From IMG/VR virus record IMGVR_UViG_2799112723_000003, positions 1,425-65,424 of that record: a DNA stretch of 64,000 nt; one strand, written 5' to 3'. The position numbers and the translations under genes were made by a program. Positions 9,286 to 17,841 of this stretch are shown piece after piece. The DNA is from a virus (Duplodnaviria > Caudoviricetes). Under the pieces are notes generated by a model. That model ran no database searches, had not been told where the DNA came from, and saw only the letters and a list, made by a program, of their open reading frames with translations. Position 1 is the stretch's first letter. Each line of letters begins with the position of its first letter.

Positions 9286-9303
9286 AGTTATTTCTCCTTT
9301 AAT

Positions 9304-10185
9304 TTAACAAGATACAATGTCAAACTCCACAATAAACGGCCTGTGATCAGACAGCCCACTGACACCATGCTCACAGCCATTGATAACCATCTTGTTGGTA
9401 GAGTCAGTACGGTTGGCAATAAACGCCCTGTCAATGTCGTCATTGGGCTGGGCTTCCTCCACATTGAACCCAATATCCTGCAAAGGTGCCACCAGGTAAT
9501 CATTGATAGTCGTCTTGTCTATATCCAACTGGGTGCAGTTTGTATCGCCAAGTATGATGATGGGTATATTCACGTAACTTGTGTACTTGTCATCTATGAT
9601 GTATTCAACCAACTGCGTGAACTGCTTTCTCCTGGTATCAGAGTCCCTGACGTCTTCAAGATCTGCTGAAGCGTCTGCGTGAAGCGCATAGACCACAAAA
9701 TGCTGGCCAGTCTGTGTCACCATCAGCACATACCTCCTAAACTACTTCCTTGTCAGTTTGTCGTTACAGTGTGAGAAGTATCCGCAAGAGTCGTTCCATT
9801 CCACCATGTCTTCATCGACGATGGAGATTTTTGGAGTGGTCATCATTCCAAGCCCATCAGCCTTATATCTGAGCCATTTCACCATTGAGAATACCTTGGA
9901 CAGGTCTATCGAACCCTGAAACGTCCCCCAGTTCCTATCCTTAAGCTCATAGGTTAGTTCGTCGTGATAGTTGAAGTCCTCCTGGAAGACGGCAATATCA
10001 AAGTCCTTCAGATAGTGGCTTATCTTCTTTGTGCTTTCTGCCCTGCCCGGATTGTCGTTCAGGTGGATAATAGTTGTCTTTGCAAACAGCTTGTAAATCC
10101 ACACAAGAGGCTTGAACACCCAAGGCAGATTGTTTAAGTCTAAGGTCTCAGGAAGACCGTCAATGTTATATGTTATTATCTTCAT
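9304..10185 (-). pseudogene. Endonuclease/exonuclease/phosphatase (EEP) family gene split by one in-frame TAG (9742-9744)
   Basis: N-half has TYNIDG and FQEDF; C-half has ILGDTN, DIDR and LSDH; both halves are in the same frame: KLTRK-TAG-FRRYV. Confidence 0.75.
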
Positions 10186-10201
10186 GTTGCATTTTCTCTT
10201 T

Positions 10202-10455
10202 TTATTTCAAAACAAACGACAATGCAAAAGCGGCACTGCCAGGATCATTCATCCGCACCACCTCGTTATACACTCGTTCCAGGCTACGCGGATTGACATT
10301 CTTGATTTTATTCATCTCTGGTGGTGTCAGCTTATGTCCGGCAATAGTGGCCATCTTGAATATCATGGCCGTACGGCTTAGGCCGTTGCCGGCAATATCA
10401 TGGCCGTACGGCTTAGGCCGTTGCCGGCAAACGGCGTTCTGTTCTTTCCCATCAT
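10202..10455 (-). pseudogene. 72-aa gene frameshifted by a 35-bp tandem duplication
   Basis: Removing one repeat copy gives MMGKNRTPFAGNGLSRTAMIFKMATIAGHKLTPPEMNKIKNVNPRSLERVYNEVVRMNDPGSAAFALSFVLK*, whose ATG overlaps the upstream TGA. Confidence 0.7.
10359..10430. repeat. Perfect 35-bp tandem duplication
   Basis: AATATCATGGCCGTACGGCTTAGGCCGTTGCCGGC at 10359-10393 and 10394-10428. Confidence 0.95.
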
Positions 10456-10934
10456 CACACCTCCTTCATGTTTTCTTCTATCCATCTTCTCAACGTCACA
10501 ATGTTGGGTGCCAGCACCCATCCACGGCCATAGTATCGGCCACCATTGTCTGCATCAACCATGTTCGACGATACGGCTACCAGCACACACTGGCTGGCTA
10601 TCTTGCGCCAGTAGTAGGGTGTCTGACCGAAACAGTACCGACACCGCTTGGACATCAGCAACGTCTTCCTACAGTCGGCATCCAACAGCAGTGCCAGGAA
10701 CTTGTCTTCGTCCGAACATGCCATCAGGCGCTGGTCGTCCTGATACACTGTCACAGCAAAGCGGCTGGTGCGCTCATCGTCACGCAACAGGCGCTCCAGC
10801 TGCACCAGCCTCAGCGTCTGCAGCACCTCGTTCTCCGTCAGGTTCTTTACCGGTGCTGCGTCCATGATGCGCTGCACGTTTGCCCTTACCTCAGCATCCT
10901 GAGGATTGAAGGGCGCAATCATCTCTTTCTTCAT
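10455..10934 (-). CDS. Hypothetical phage protein
   Basis: Start MKKEM overlaps the upstream stop. Confidence 0.6.
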   Translation of the reverse strand: MKKEMIAPFNPQDAEVRANVQRIMDAAPVKNLTENEVLQTLRLVQLERLLRDDERTSRFAVTVYQDDQRLMACSDEDKFLALLLDADCRKTLLMSKRCRYCFGQTPYYWRKIASQCVLVAVSSNMVDADNGGRYYGRGWVLAPNIVTLRRWIEENMKEV

Positions 10935-11461
10935 AATAGTTGTAATTTGTCCTTGATATATTTGTCTATCTGTTTTTCTATCTCTCGGCACTTCTTTGAC
11001 ATCTGCTCCATCACCTTCTGTTCATAGCCCATCGTGCGCTTACGGTAGCCCATACGCTCATGCCATGCCTTGCGCCACTCGCTCACCAGCACATAGAAGG
11101 CATGGCTCTCCGTGTCCTTCGGCTTCCAGGCAGGATGACTGGCCATAAAGTTCTTTGTGCGCTTGTTCCACTTGTCCAACTGCGACTCCAGCTCCAGGCT
11201 GGCCTTTAGGTCTTCCTGCTTGCGCCCGTTGTCATAGTAGCGGCGTATAGCCTTGCGGACATGGTAGACCAGCAAAAAATACTCTTCCTGCTTCGTCAGT
11301 TCGCCCACGGATTCCACTTCCTGCGCCAGCCGGTACATGTCGCCCTGGGGATTGCGGATATGCTCGTTAAACTCCACATAGGCCGACACCTTATCGTACG
11401 TGGTCAGCAACGGGGCCGTCTTCTTCGTACAGAATATCTGGTATTTCGTTCTTATTGCCAT
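10931..11461 (-). CDS. Hypothetical helical phage protein
   Basis: 176-aa operonic ORF. Confidence 0.6.
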   Translation of the reverse strand: MAIRTKYQIFCTKKTAPLLTTYDKVSAYVEFNEHIRNPQGDMYRLAQEVESVGELTKQEEYFLLVYHVRKAIRRYYDNGRKQEDLKASLELESQLDKWNKRTKNFMASHPAWKPKDTESHAFYVLVSEWRKAWHERMGYRKRTMGYEQKVMEQMSKKCREIEKQIDKYIKDKLQLL

Positions 11462-11467
11462 AGCCAG

Positions 11468-11659
11468 TCATTTAAAGAGTTTGGGACTATATGGTTCCAT
11501 GCGCAATCGCAGGAAGACACGATGACGTGCTTTCACATCCTTCCATTTTTTCAGCAGCTCCTTGGCCGTTGACTCATGTATGGGTATGCTGGCCACTTCC
11601 CTCTCGCCGGTCAGCCTGCTTATGCCCGTGATAACGTATAGTGTGTCTATTTTCTTCAT
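11468..11659 (-). CDS. Small hypothetical protein
   Basis: YVITGISRLTGERE motif; operonic. Confidence 0.55.
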   Translation of the reverse strand: MKKIDTLYVITGISRLTGEREVASIPIHESTAKELLKKWKDVKARHRVFLRLRMEPYSPKLFK

Positions 11660-11663
11660 ACTC

Positions 11664-12149
11664 CTACCCTTTCTTCACTATCTTCCTTAACTTCTCACGT
11701 TCACGCTCCAGCCGTTCCTTCTCGACCTCCACATGGGCTGAGGCTATTTGTGCCCGTGTATATGGGGTTGTCTTGCTGATATAGTCTCTCACACACTTCT
11801 TGAACTCTTCAAAGCTCCTGACTACGACATACTGATAAAGTGCCGACTCAAAAATCTTCTGGAAATCCTTCTGCTGCTGTGACTGCTTACCCTTGGCGGT
11901 CTTCATTTCTATGCCCAGCCCGTGATAAGCCGCCAAGCTCTGCAGGTATCCTTTATCGAATGCTGCCGGCATAAACAGCAGCAAGTCCGGCACACCGGCC
12001 ACCGTGCCTTCTCCTTTATGGATGGCTGCACTCACCCGGTTCCCGTTGCCCTCGTTGGCTACATGCGTCAGCAGCATGGCATATTGCGGGTACTGTGCCC
12101 GGAACCAGGCCACGCATTGTTTCTGTAGTTTACTCTCTTCGTGATTCAT
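11664..12149 (-). CDS. VRR-NUC domain nuclease (PD-(D/E)XK, resolvase-like)
   Basis: HVANEG, EGTVAGVPDL, GIEMKTAKGKQSQQQK, YVVVRS. Confidence 0.85.
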   Translation of the reverse strand: MNHEESKLQKQCVAWFRAQYPQYAMLLTHVANEGNGNRVSAAIHKGEGTVAGVPDLLLFMPAAFDKGYLQSLAAYHGLGIEMKTAKGKQSQQQKDFQKIFESALYQYVVVRSFEEFKKCVRDYISKTTPYTRAQIASAHVEVEKERLEREREKLRKIVKKG

Positions 12150-12155
12150 ATCTTG

Positions 12156-13085
12156 TTATTGATTATTGTTTTTGTCATCATCCCATTGCTTCACAATCCT
12201 TGCCGCCGGACTGTCCGGGTGCTCTGCTGCATACCGACGCATCTCCGCATCATACTCCTCTCGGCTCTGCCTGACTGGCAAATGTTCCTGTTCTGCATGC
12301 CGACGTGTCACGTCGGACTCCCTGGCCTTCACATCGGCGGTCTTCTTCAGCCTCAGCATGGCACGCTCCAGGTATTGCTGGAAGTGCTTCGGCTCAAAGA
12401 TGTACTGAAAGCTGGCCTGAAAACCTGTCTTGTTCAGACCCAGCGAAAAGGGTTCTGCCAACACTTGCTCAAACACAATGTCTACAGACTGCTTGCCGAA
12501 CCTCCGGATGCACTCCACTACCATCAGCCGCGTTGGCATCGTCAGACGCACACAAGGGGGCAACTTGCCGTCAAAGGTCTTGTTATACCTCTTTTTTACT
12601 TCTAAGGCCTCATCTTCCTTCTCTCTCTCATTCTTATAAGGACTGTAAGGAGTTATAAGATTATCTTTATATCTTTCTTCTATTGTTAATAGGTGTGCCG
12701 TACCCTCAGCCGTACCTCCAGCCGTGTCTCTGGTCGTACCTCCTGCCGCATCCTCTGCCGTTCCGAATAAGGATAGTTGCTGCTCGCTATTGCAGTAACT
12801 GCATACGCTAATCACCGAAAATCTGTTATTCCCTCTAACAATTATTTCGCCGTAGTTGGACAACACTCTAAGGCAACGGTCCACCTGCTTGTATGACAGC
12901 CCGGTTGCTTCCATCATCTCCGGGCGTGTGGTAGGACAGCTGCCACGACGTATCAGCTGGCCTTCGTACATGCCGTCTGACACGTACGCCTTGGCCTCCA
13001 GATAGTCGTAGAGCTGCAATACCTGGGCATCCGTGAACCACGGACGCTCTGGTATGTTGCGCTGACGTTTATACCAACCGCTCAT
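12156..13085 (-). CDS. Replication initiator-like protein (N-terminal wHTH)
   Basis: GWYKRQR..WF..LYDYLEAKA..wHTH; C-terminal FQASFQYIFEPKHF; sits in the replication position. Confidence 0.7.
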   Translation of the reverse strand: MSGWYKRQRNIPERPWFTDAQVLQLYDYLEAKAYVSDGMYEGQLIRRGSCPTTRPEMMEATGLSYKQVDRCLRVLSNYGEIIVRGNNRFSVISVCSYCNSEQQLSLFGTAEDAAGGTTRDTAGGTAEGTAHLLTIEERYKDNLITPYSPYKNEREKEDEALEVKKRYNKTFDGKLPPCVRLTMPTRLMVVECIRRFGKQSVDIVFEQVLAEPFSLGLNKTGFQASFQYIFEPKHFQQYLERAMLRLKKTADVKARESDVTRRHAEQEHLPVRQSREEYDAEMRRYAAEHPDSPAARIVKQWDDDKNNNQ

Positions 13086-13306
13086 GCCGTCTTCTTCGTA
13101 CGCTGTTGCACCATCTTCTGGACGTCGCTCTCTTCATGATCATTGCAGGAGCGCAACACACTGGCCACCTCTACCGCATACGGGAACTTGTCATCCCACG
13201 GCTGCGGTTGTGCCAGACACGCGGCCAGTATCGGATTGTTGTCATACCTGTGCAACATGGCCTTTGCACAATTCATGCAGCATACTACTTTCTTTCCCTT
13301 ACTCAT
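13082..13306 (-). CDS. Small Cys-rich protein
   Basis: CCMNCAKA..C..C; coupled to neighbours. Confidence 0.55.
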   Translation of the reverse strand: MSKGKKVVCCMNCAKAMLHRYDNNPILAACLAQPQPWDDKFPYAVEVASVLRSCNDHEESDVQKMVQQRTKKTA

Positions 13307-13473
13307 ATCCTTCCATCCTTTTTAAATGAATATATCTTCCACTCTATGGCGTGTATCTTCCTGCACAGGCTCTCCAGCGAGTGTACTGTCATCTGACCGC
13401 ACAGCTGGTATAAGTCTGCACGCAGGCTGCTTCTGCGCCGCTCCAACTCCTTTTTGGTCTTCTCACTGAGCAT
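13303..13473 (-). CDS. 56-aa ORF not in track (MLSEKTKKELERRRSSLRADLYQLCG...)
   Basis: Fills the gap exactly; ATGA overlap with the next gene. Confidence 0.55.
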   Translation of the reverse strand: MLSEKTKKELERRRSSLRADLYQLCGQMTVHSLESLCRKIHAIEWKIYSFKKDGRI

Positions 13474-13477
13474 CGTC

Positions 13478-13699
13478 CTACTCGCAGTTATGCTCTACCC
13501 ACCAGTTGGCAATGTCACTCTCCGACGGCTCTTCACCGTTCTCCTTGGTCAGCAGGTTCTTCACGGAGTCGTATTCTTCCTGCGACATGCGTATGATCAC
13601 ATGCTCCGTGTAGTCAATATTGCCAGCCCACCCTACCAGCATCAGGCCGCAAATCATGATGCCCAGGGCCACCGCAAACTTCATTAAATCCTTTTTCAT
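13478..13699 (-). CDS. Small protein with N-terminal TM segment
   Basis: FAVALGIMICGLMLVGWAG hydrophobic stretch. Confidence 0.55.
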   Translation of the reverse strand: MKKDLMKFAVALGIMICGLMLVGWAGNIDYTEHVIIRMSQEEYDSVKNLLTKENGEEPSESDIANWWVEHNCE

Positions 13700-13713
13700 A
13701 GTTCCACGTCTTA

Positions 13714-14046
13714 TTATTGTTTTGTCCTGTTTACTTTCACTTTCAGTCTGCCACTTGTCATGGCTTCCTTTACCTTTGCCTTGTCATACAGAGTCTTTCC
13801 ACCCATGGTCACAGGCTCCGGTATCAGGCCCTGGCGCCTGTAGCTCAACAGTGTGGGCGCGCTGCAGTGCAACAGCTCTTCCAGCTCTTCACGGGTGTAA
13901 TATGTCGGCTCTTCGCGCTCCTTTATCTTCTGAGTGGCAAACGCCATCAGCGAGTCCGCAAAGTCGCGCAAGTCCTTTGCCGAAACCACCACTTGGATAT
14001 TGGCGGCGTTATCAGAGTATATCAGAGCGTTCAAGTCCATAGTCAA
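13714..14046 (-). CDS. Excisionase-like (MerR/HTH_17-type) DNA-binding protein
   Basis: YYTREELEELLHCSAPTLLSYRRQGLIP..GGKTLY winged HTH. Confidence 0.75.
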   Translation of the reverse strand: MTMDLNALIYSDNAANIQVVVSAKDLRDFADSLMAFATQKIKEREEPTYYTREELEELLHCSAPTLLSYRRQGLIPEPVTMGGKTLYDKAKVKEAMTSGRLKVKVNRTKQ

Positions 14047-14441
14047 TCTTCCTCTTCATCCTCTTTTTCTCCGTCCTGAATGGCGTCCAGCTCTTCCGGG
14101 GCCATGCTCCAGTACCGCTGCGCACGCTTCAGGCACTTGCTCCAGAACTGAACATAGTCCATGATGCCGTCAACTTCCTCTTCCCAGTACTCGCCGGTCT
14201 CTTCATCCTTGCGGACGATAACCTCAAACTCCACCTGGCCGTCGTACGTGTAGAACAGCTGTCCGTCATCACTGATGGCAATGTCTGACAGTGTGAAGCT
14301 GGTATTGGCATCCTCAAACAACACACCGTCCGGGTCGCAAGTCTCTTTGTACTTCTCCAGCTCAGCTATGAATTTCTCCAAAGCCCTGATGTGACTCTTC
14401 TTGATGTAGTCAATTAAGTTTTTCTTCTTTGTCATAGTCAT
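14043..14441 (-). CDS. Acidic hypothetical protein
   Basis: Second gene of the lytic operon. Confidence 0.6.
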   Translation of the reverse strand: MTMTKKKNLIDYIKKSHIRALEKFIAELEKYKETCDPDGVLFEDANTSFTLSDIAISDDGQLFYTYDGQVEFEVIVRKDEETGEYWEEEVDGIMDYVQFWSKCLKRAQRYWSMAPEELDAIQDGEKEDEEED

Positions 14442-14464
14442 AGGGAATCAATTGTTTTATGTTT

Positions 14465-14656
14465 TCAGAATACTACTTTAGTCGTTTCTATTCCTCCGTA
14501 CTCTTTCAATACCTTCTGTCTGGTAAGATTGGCATATTCAGAGTGTGAACTGTAGTTCAGCGCTGCGTACAGTGTCGTACGACCAATACCCAGGGCCTTG
14601 CAGATCTGATTTGCCTTGCCCCGCGGAATCACGATAACTTTTACTTTTCTTGCCAT
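14465..14656 (-). CDS. Cro-like HTH protein
   Basis: ANQICKALGIGRTTLYAAL; first gene divergent from the repressor. Confidence 0.75.
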   Translation of the reverse strand: MARKVKVIVIPRGKANQICKALGIGRTTLYAALNYSSHSEYANLTRQKVLKEYGGIETTKVVF

Positions 14657-14679
14657 AACAATATTTTTATTGATAACAC

Positions 14680-14710
14680 TTTGTAATCTCAGGAATTATT
14701 TGTATATTTG
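14680..14710 (+). promoter_or_regulatory. Bacteroidota sigma-A promoter for the repressor
   Basis: TTTG (14680-14683)-N19-TATATTTG (14703-14710). Confidence 0.7.
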
Positions 14711-14767
14711 CAGTCTGTCCCGCTGTCAGAACAATTTCGGAACACTTCCCGAACACGTTTCACGATG

Positions 14768-14802
14768 CAAATATAAATACTTTTATTGATACAACAATCA
14801 AT
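14768..14802 (-). promoter_or_regulatory. Lytic (Cro) promoter with palindromic operator
   Basis: Minus-strand TATATTTG at 14768-14775, TTG 19 nt upstream, overlapped by ATTGAT-N6-ATCAAT (14785-14802). Confidence 0.65.
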
Positions 14803-14848
14803 ACTAGTATAGATTTAAGATTAATTAATAAATAAAACTATTGATATT

Positions 14849-15256
14849 ATGACAGGAGAACAATTGAAAAGTAAATTAGATGCACTTGGCATCAGCCAGG
14901 CTGAAGCCGCACGCAGGATGGGTGTTAGTTCACAATCATTTAACCAATTTCTCGAAGCAAAAGACGTTAAGACCGGGCTTCTTGAAAATATTTGCGAGGC
15001 GTTTGGTCTCAACATGGGAGCCTTCTATGATGGTGCAGCCTCATCACCCAAAGATGATGAAGACAGTGAGCTGACTCGACTCCGTGAGGAAAACCAACGA
15101 CTTCGTGAAGAGCTTCGCATGAAGTCAGACCCGAACCAGCCTAAAAGAGAGTCAGAAGTCTACCACCTATGGATGGAATACATGAAAACGGAAGAACGTC
15201 GTATGAACATCAACAATCGTATGTTCGAACTTTACCAAAAAGAAAAGGAGGGATGA
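14849..15256 (+). CDS. CI-like XRE-family repressor
   Basis: LGISQAEAARRMGVSSQSFNQ HTH followed by coiled coil; divergent from cro. Confidence 0.85.
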   Translation: MTGEQLKSKLDALGISQAEAARRMGVSSQSFNQFLEAKDVKTGLLENICEAFGLNMGAFYDGAASSPKDDEDSELTRLREENQRLREELRMKSDPNQPKRESEVYHLWMEYMKTEERRMNINNRMFELYQKEKEG

Positions 15257-15579
15257 CCACTAAATTCGTCGGCTTCTCGGCTCTGTTCTTCTATGTCCTC
15301 TGCTGGTTCTCCCATCAGCAGACGGATGTCCTGCATTACATCGGCATTGCCTTGCCCTGGCTCTCATTGCTCGCTGGTATTGCCGTCCATATCTTCACCA
15401 AAACAAAGGAAGACAATACCGGCACATACTGGGCCTACTCCTACATCATCCTGACTGTTGCCTACGTGGTGGCCGTCTCGCTCATGTCTGGCAGCATCTG
15501 GCATCAGGTTCCACACATGGCCACCTGTGTCACCTTCCTGGCTTACTTTGCCCTGGAACGTCTGGAAAAGAAGCGTTGA
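15253..15579 (+). CDS. 108-aa multi-TM membrane protein coupled to the repressor
   Basis: ATG 15253 overlaps the repressor TGA; 3-4 hydrophobic helices. Confidence 0.65.
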   Translation: MTTKFVGFSALFFYVLCWFSHQQTDVLHYIGIALPWLSLLAGIAVHIFTKTKEDNTGTYWAYSYIILTVAYVVAVSLMSGSIWHQVPHMATCVTFLAYFALERLEKKR

Positions 15580-15987
15580 CTACCGCTCTGCCCCACAGCA
15601 TGGACACGCCAGCTTCTTAATCATCGGAGCCATCTGGCGCCCTATCTCGCCTTGCGTGTACGCCGGTGGCTCGCCATAGTTCATCACGTCGTAAGCGGCC
15701 ATGATTTCATCCCTGATGTGCCCGGTCTCATGCAGCACCGTGTCAAACAGCTGCGGCCAGTCCTTGGCTCTTCCTATGATGGTGATACTCCGTCGCCTGC
15801 CCGGATTGCTCCAGGTGTATCCCTTGTTCCATTCCCGGGTCACTGCCTGCCAAGTGTCCATAATATCCCTCTCCGGGCACCCAAGCTTCTCTAAGGCCTC
15901 AGCCACGATGGGCATGTCTCGTTCCTGCGGCACGTATATCACCGTTGCCAACCAGTAACCGTCCAGGTCTATCTGCTGCCACAACAT
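15580..15987 (-). CDS. HExxH zinc-metallopeptidase-like protein
   Basis: Start MLWQQID; TVLHETGH..E(PPAY) motif; C-terminal CPCC. Confidence 0.6.
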   Translation of the reverse strand: MLWQQIDLDGYWLATVIYVPQERDMPIVAEALEKLGCPERDIMDTWQAVTREWNKGYTWSNPGRRRSITIIGRAKDWPQLFDTVLHETGHIRDEIMAAYDVMNYGEPPAYTQGEIGRQMAPMIKKLACPCCGAER

Positions 15988-16022
15988 AAGCCACCTGTTC
16001 CCGATGCTTTCACATCGGCCCT

Positions 16023-16436
16023 TTACATCAGTTCCTCCCAGGGCACTTCCACATGCTTGTTGCACATGTCGGCCACCCATCGTCCAAACGCGATACCTTC
16101 GTATCCGTCCGGATCGTCTATCACGTTACGCACATACTTGGCCAGATGCTCCATGTCCGGCACACTGTCGCCCAGGTAGTCGGCCAGTCCCATGTTGGCC
16201 ACAAATACGCTGTCATGTTCCCGTCCGTTCTTCACCTCTACCTTGAACTCTTTCAGCAGGCCGTCCACTTCTTCTTTCTTCATGGGCTTGATGGGCTTCT
16301 CGTCTTCACCCTTCATCATGCCCACGGCAAACTCACACAGCTCTTTCGAGAAGTGCGGCCCGTGCTTGCGCAAATATTCCCTGTAACCTTCCGGCGTCAG
16401 GTCCAGCTCGTCATCGTCAAATATATCCTTTAGCAT
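16023..16436 (-). CDS. Conserved-looking hypothetical protein of the orphan operon
   Basis: YLRKHGPHFSKELCEFAV..D.VFVANM..ADY..DDPDG motifs. Confidence 0.75.
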   Translation of the reverse strand: MLKDIFDDDELDLTPEGYREYLRKHGPHFSKELCEFAVGMMKGEDEKPIKPMKKEEVDGLLKEFKVEVKNGREHDSVFVANMGLADYLGDSVPDMEHLAKYVRNVIDDPDGYEGIAFGRWVADMCNKHVEVPWEELM

Positions 16437-16528
16437 GGTGTCTGTCTTTTTTTATAAAGCAAGGAGCTGCCGTCCTGTATGTTGCCATGTCATGTCAACC
16501 CCACTACTCAGCTCCCTGCCTTGGGTTC

Positions 16529-16924
16529 TTACATGTCCTGCATCAGCTGCTGGCGCATTTCCTGCATCTGGCGCTCCATCTCCTGCAGCTTCATCTCGTT
16601 CTTCTTCCGAAGCTCTTCACGCTGCTCCATGGTGCCTTCGTTCTTGTGCCAGGCGCGGCCTCTCATATAGCCACCGCCACGGTTGTAACCGCCACCGTCC
16701 ATGTCGTTACGGTTGTAGCCATAGCCGCCACGGTTGTAGCCGCTACCCTCGCCACCGTAACCGCTCAGAGCGTCCACAAAGGCGTCGCCGTGCTGCTTCA
16801 GCTCGTCGGCCATCTGGTCTATCTCCGGGCCACAGTCCTCGCTGATGTTGTCGATAAACTCATGCAGCTTCTTCTTCACCTCGCGAGGCGACAGCTTCTT
16901 GGTCTTGATAATCATCATTCCCAT
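16529..16924 (-). CDS. Gly/Tyr/Arg low-complexity protein with coiled-coil ends
   Basis: GYNRGGYGYNRNDMDGGGYNRGGGYMRG core. Confidence 0.65.
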   Translation of the reverse strand: MGMMIIKTKKLSPREVKKKLHEFIDNISEDCGPEIDQMADELKQHGDAFVDALSGYGGEGSGYNRGGYGYNRNDMDGGGYNRGGGYMRGRAWHKNEGTMEQREELRKKNEMKLQEMERQMQEMRQQLMQDM

Positions 16925-16949
16925 ATCTGTTACTGTTTTTGAGTCCTCA

Positions 16950-17453
16950 CTACTTCGACGCAAGTATCTTGTCAAGTGCCTTGCCGAACTTGTCTTCAAA
17001 GGCATCAAAACGCTTGTTCAGGGCTTCTATCTGCTCGTCACGCTTCTGCTCCTTCTCGTAACGGGGATTCAGCATCCTGCGCCACTGCTCACACTTGTTC
17101 AGCACTTCCTGATGGTACGCCTGCGAGTCCACTATCTGCCGGCTCTGCGCACTCATGGCCTCAACCTCCTGGAGCATACTCTCCTGCGTGTCACTGATGA
17201 CGGCCTTGATGTCGTCGCGTGCCTCTATCTGGAGATTGGCGTGCAGCTGCTTCAACTCGTACTCTCTACTGTCGGTCTTCACCGTCACGTCTACAACCAT
17301 GTCTGGCTGGAAACCGGTCATGGCCGGGTTCTGGGTGTTATACATTGGGACCACCTGCGGAATGTTCGTCACCTGTCCCATCTTCAGCTCAGGGGTCTTC
17401 CCGCTCTTGTCGAGAATCCACACCTGGCTACCTTGTCTAAGTTGTGAAAACAT
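16950..17453 (-). CDS. Hypothetical protein with C-terminal coiled coil
   Basis: MFSQLRQGSQVWILDK..VDVTV..LNPRYEKEQKRDEQI. Confidence 0.75.
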   Translation of the reverse strand: MFSQLRQGSQVWILDKSGKTPELKMGQVTNIPQVVPMYNTQNPAMTGFQPDMVVDVTVKTDSREYELKQLHANLQIEARDDIKAVISDTQESMLQEVEAMSAQSRQIVDSQAYHQEVLNKCEQWRRMLNPRYEKEQKRDEQIEALNKRFDAFEDKFGKALDKILASK

Positions 17454-17490
17454 AATCTTGATTACTTTTGTTTATTACTCTCTCTTCTCC

Positions 17491-17826
17491 CTACGCCACC
17501 GGCGACATCAGTTGCAGGATGCCGTTCTCCGAGTCGTTGAACACAGTGATGACACCTGTACCGCCTATCAGGTCTGCCACCGTCACAGGACTACCGTCAA
17601 ACAGTGTCAGCTGTCGGGTGATCCCGTTGCGCGTCAGCGTGATGGGCAGCGTCTCAGTGGTTCCTGTAGGTATCGCATTGGCTATGCGCACCGTGAAATA
17701 CCCTGGGGGAAGTGGCCGACGGCGCGAACCGAGGGCCACGTCAACAGAAGCTGTGCCTACGGTGGTGTTGGTAGAGCTAAGATAAGGAGTACCAAACTGG
17801 TTGGTTACGGTATTAAAGCATCCCAT
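17491..17826 (-). CDS. Small beta-rich protein
   Basis: Thr/Val/Gly-rich, alternating beta-strand pattern. Confidence 0.7.
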   Translation of the reverse strand: MGCFNTVTNQFGTPYLSSTNTTVGTASVDVALGSRRRPLPPGYFTVRIANAIPTGTTETLPITLTRNGITRQLTLFDGSPVTVADLIGGTGVITVFNDSENGILQLMSPVA

Positions 17827-17841
17827 ATCCCACCTCCTTCC

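Noticed and set aside
9742-9744. Genome-wide TAG recoding (as in some crAss-like and Lak phages)
   Set aside because: The long late genes, including the 4870-aa ORF, are open in the standard code, and several genes end in TAG; only one in-frame amber was found.
10359-10430. CRISPR array (also considered for 23491-23670 and 62185-62223)
   Set aside because: The repeats are directly tandem with no spacers, and no cas genes are present.
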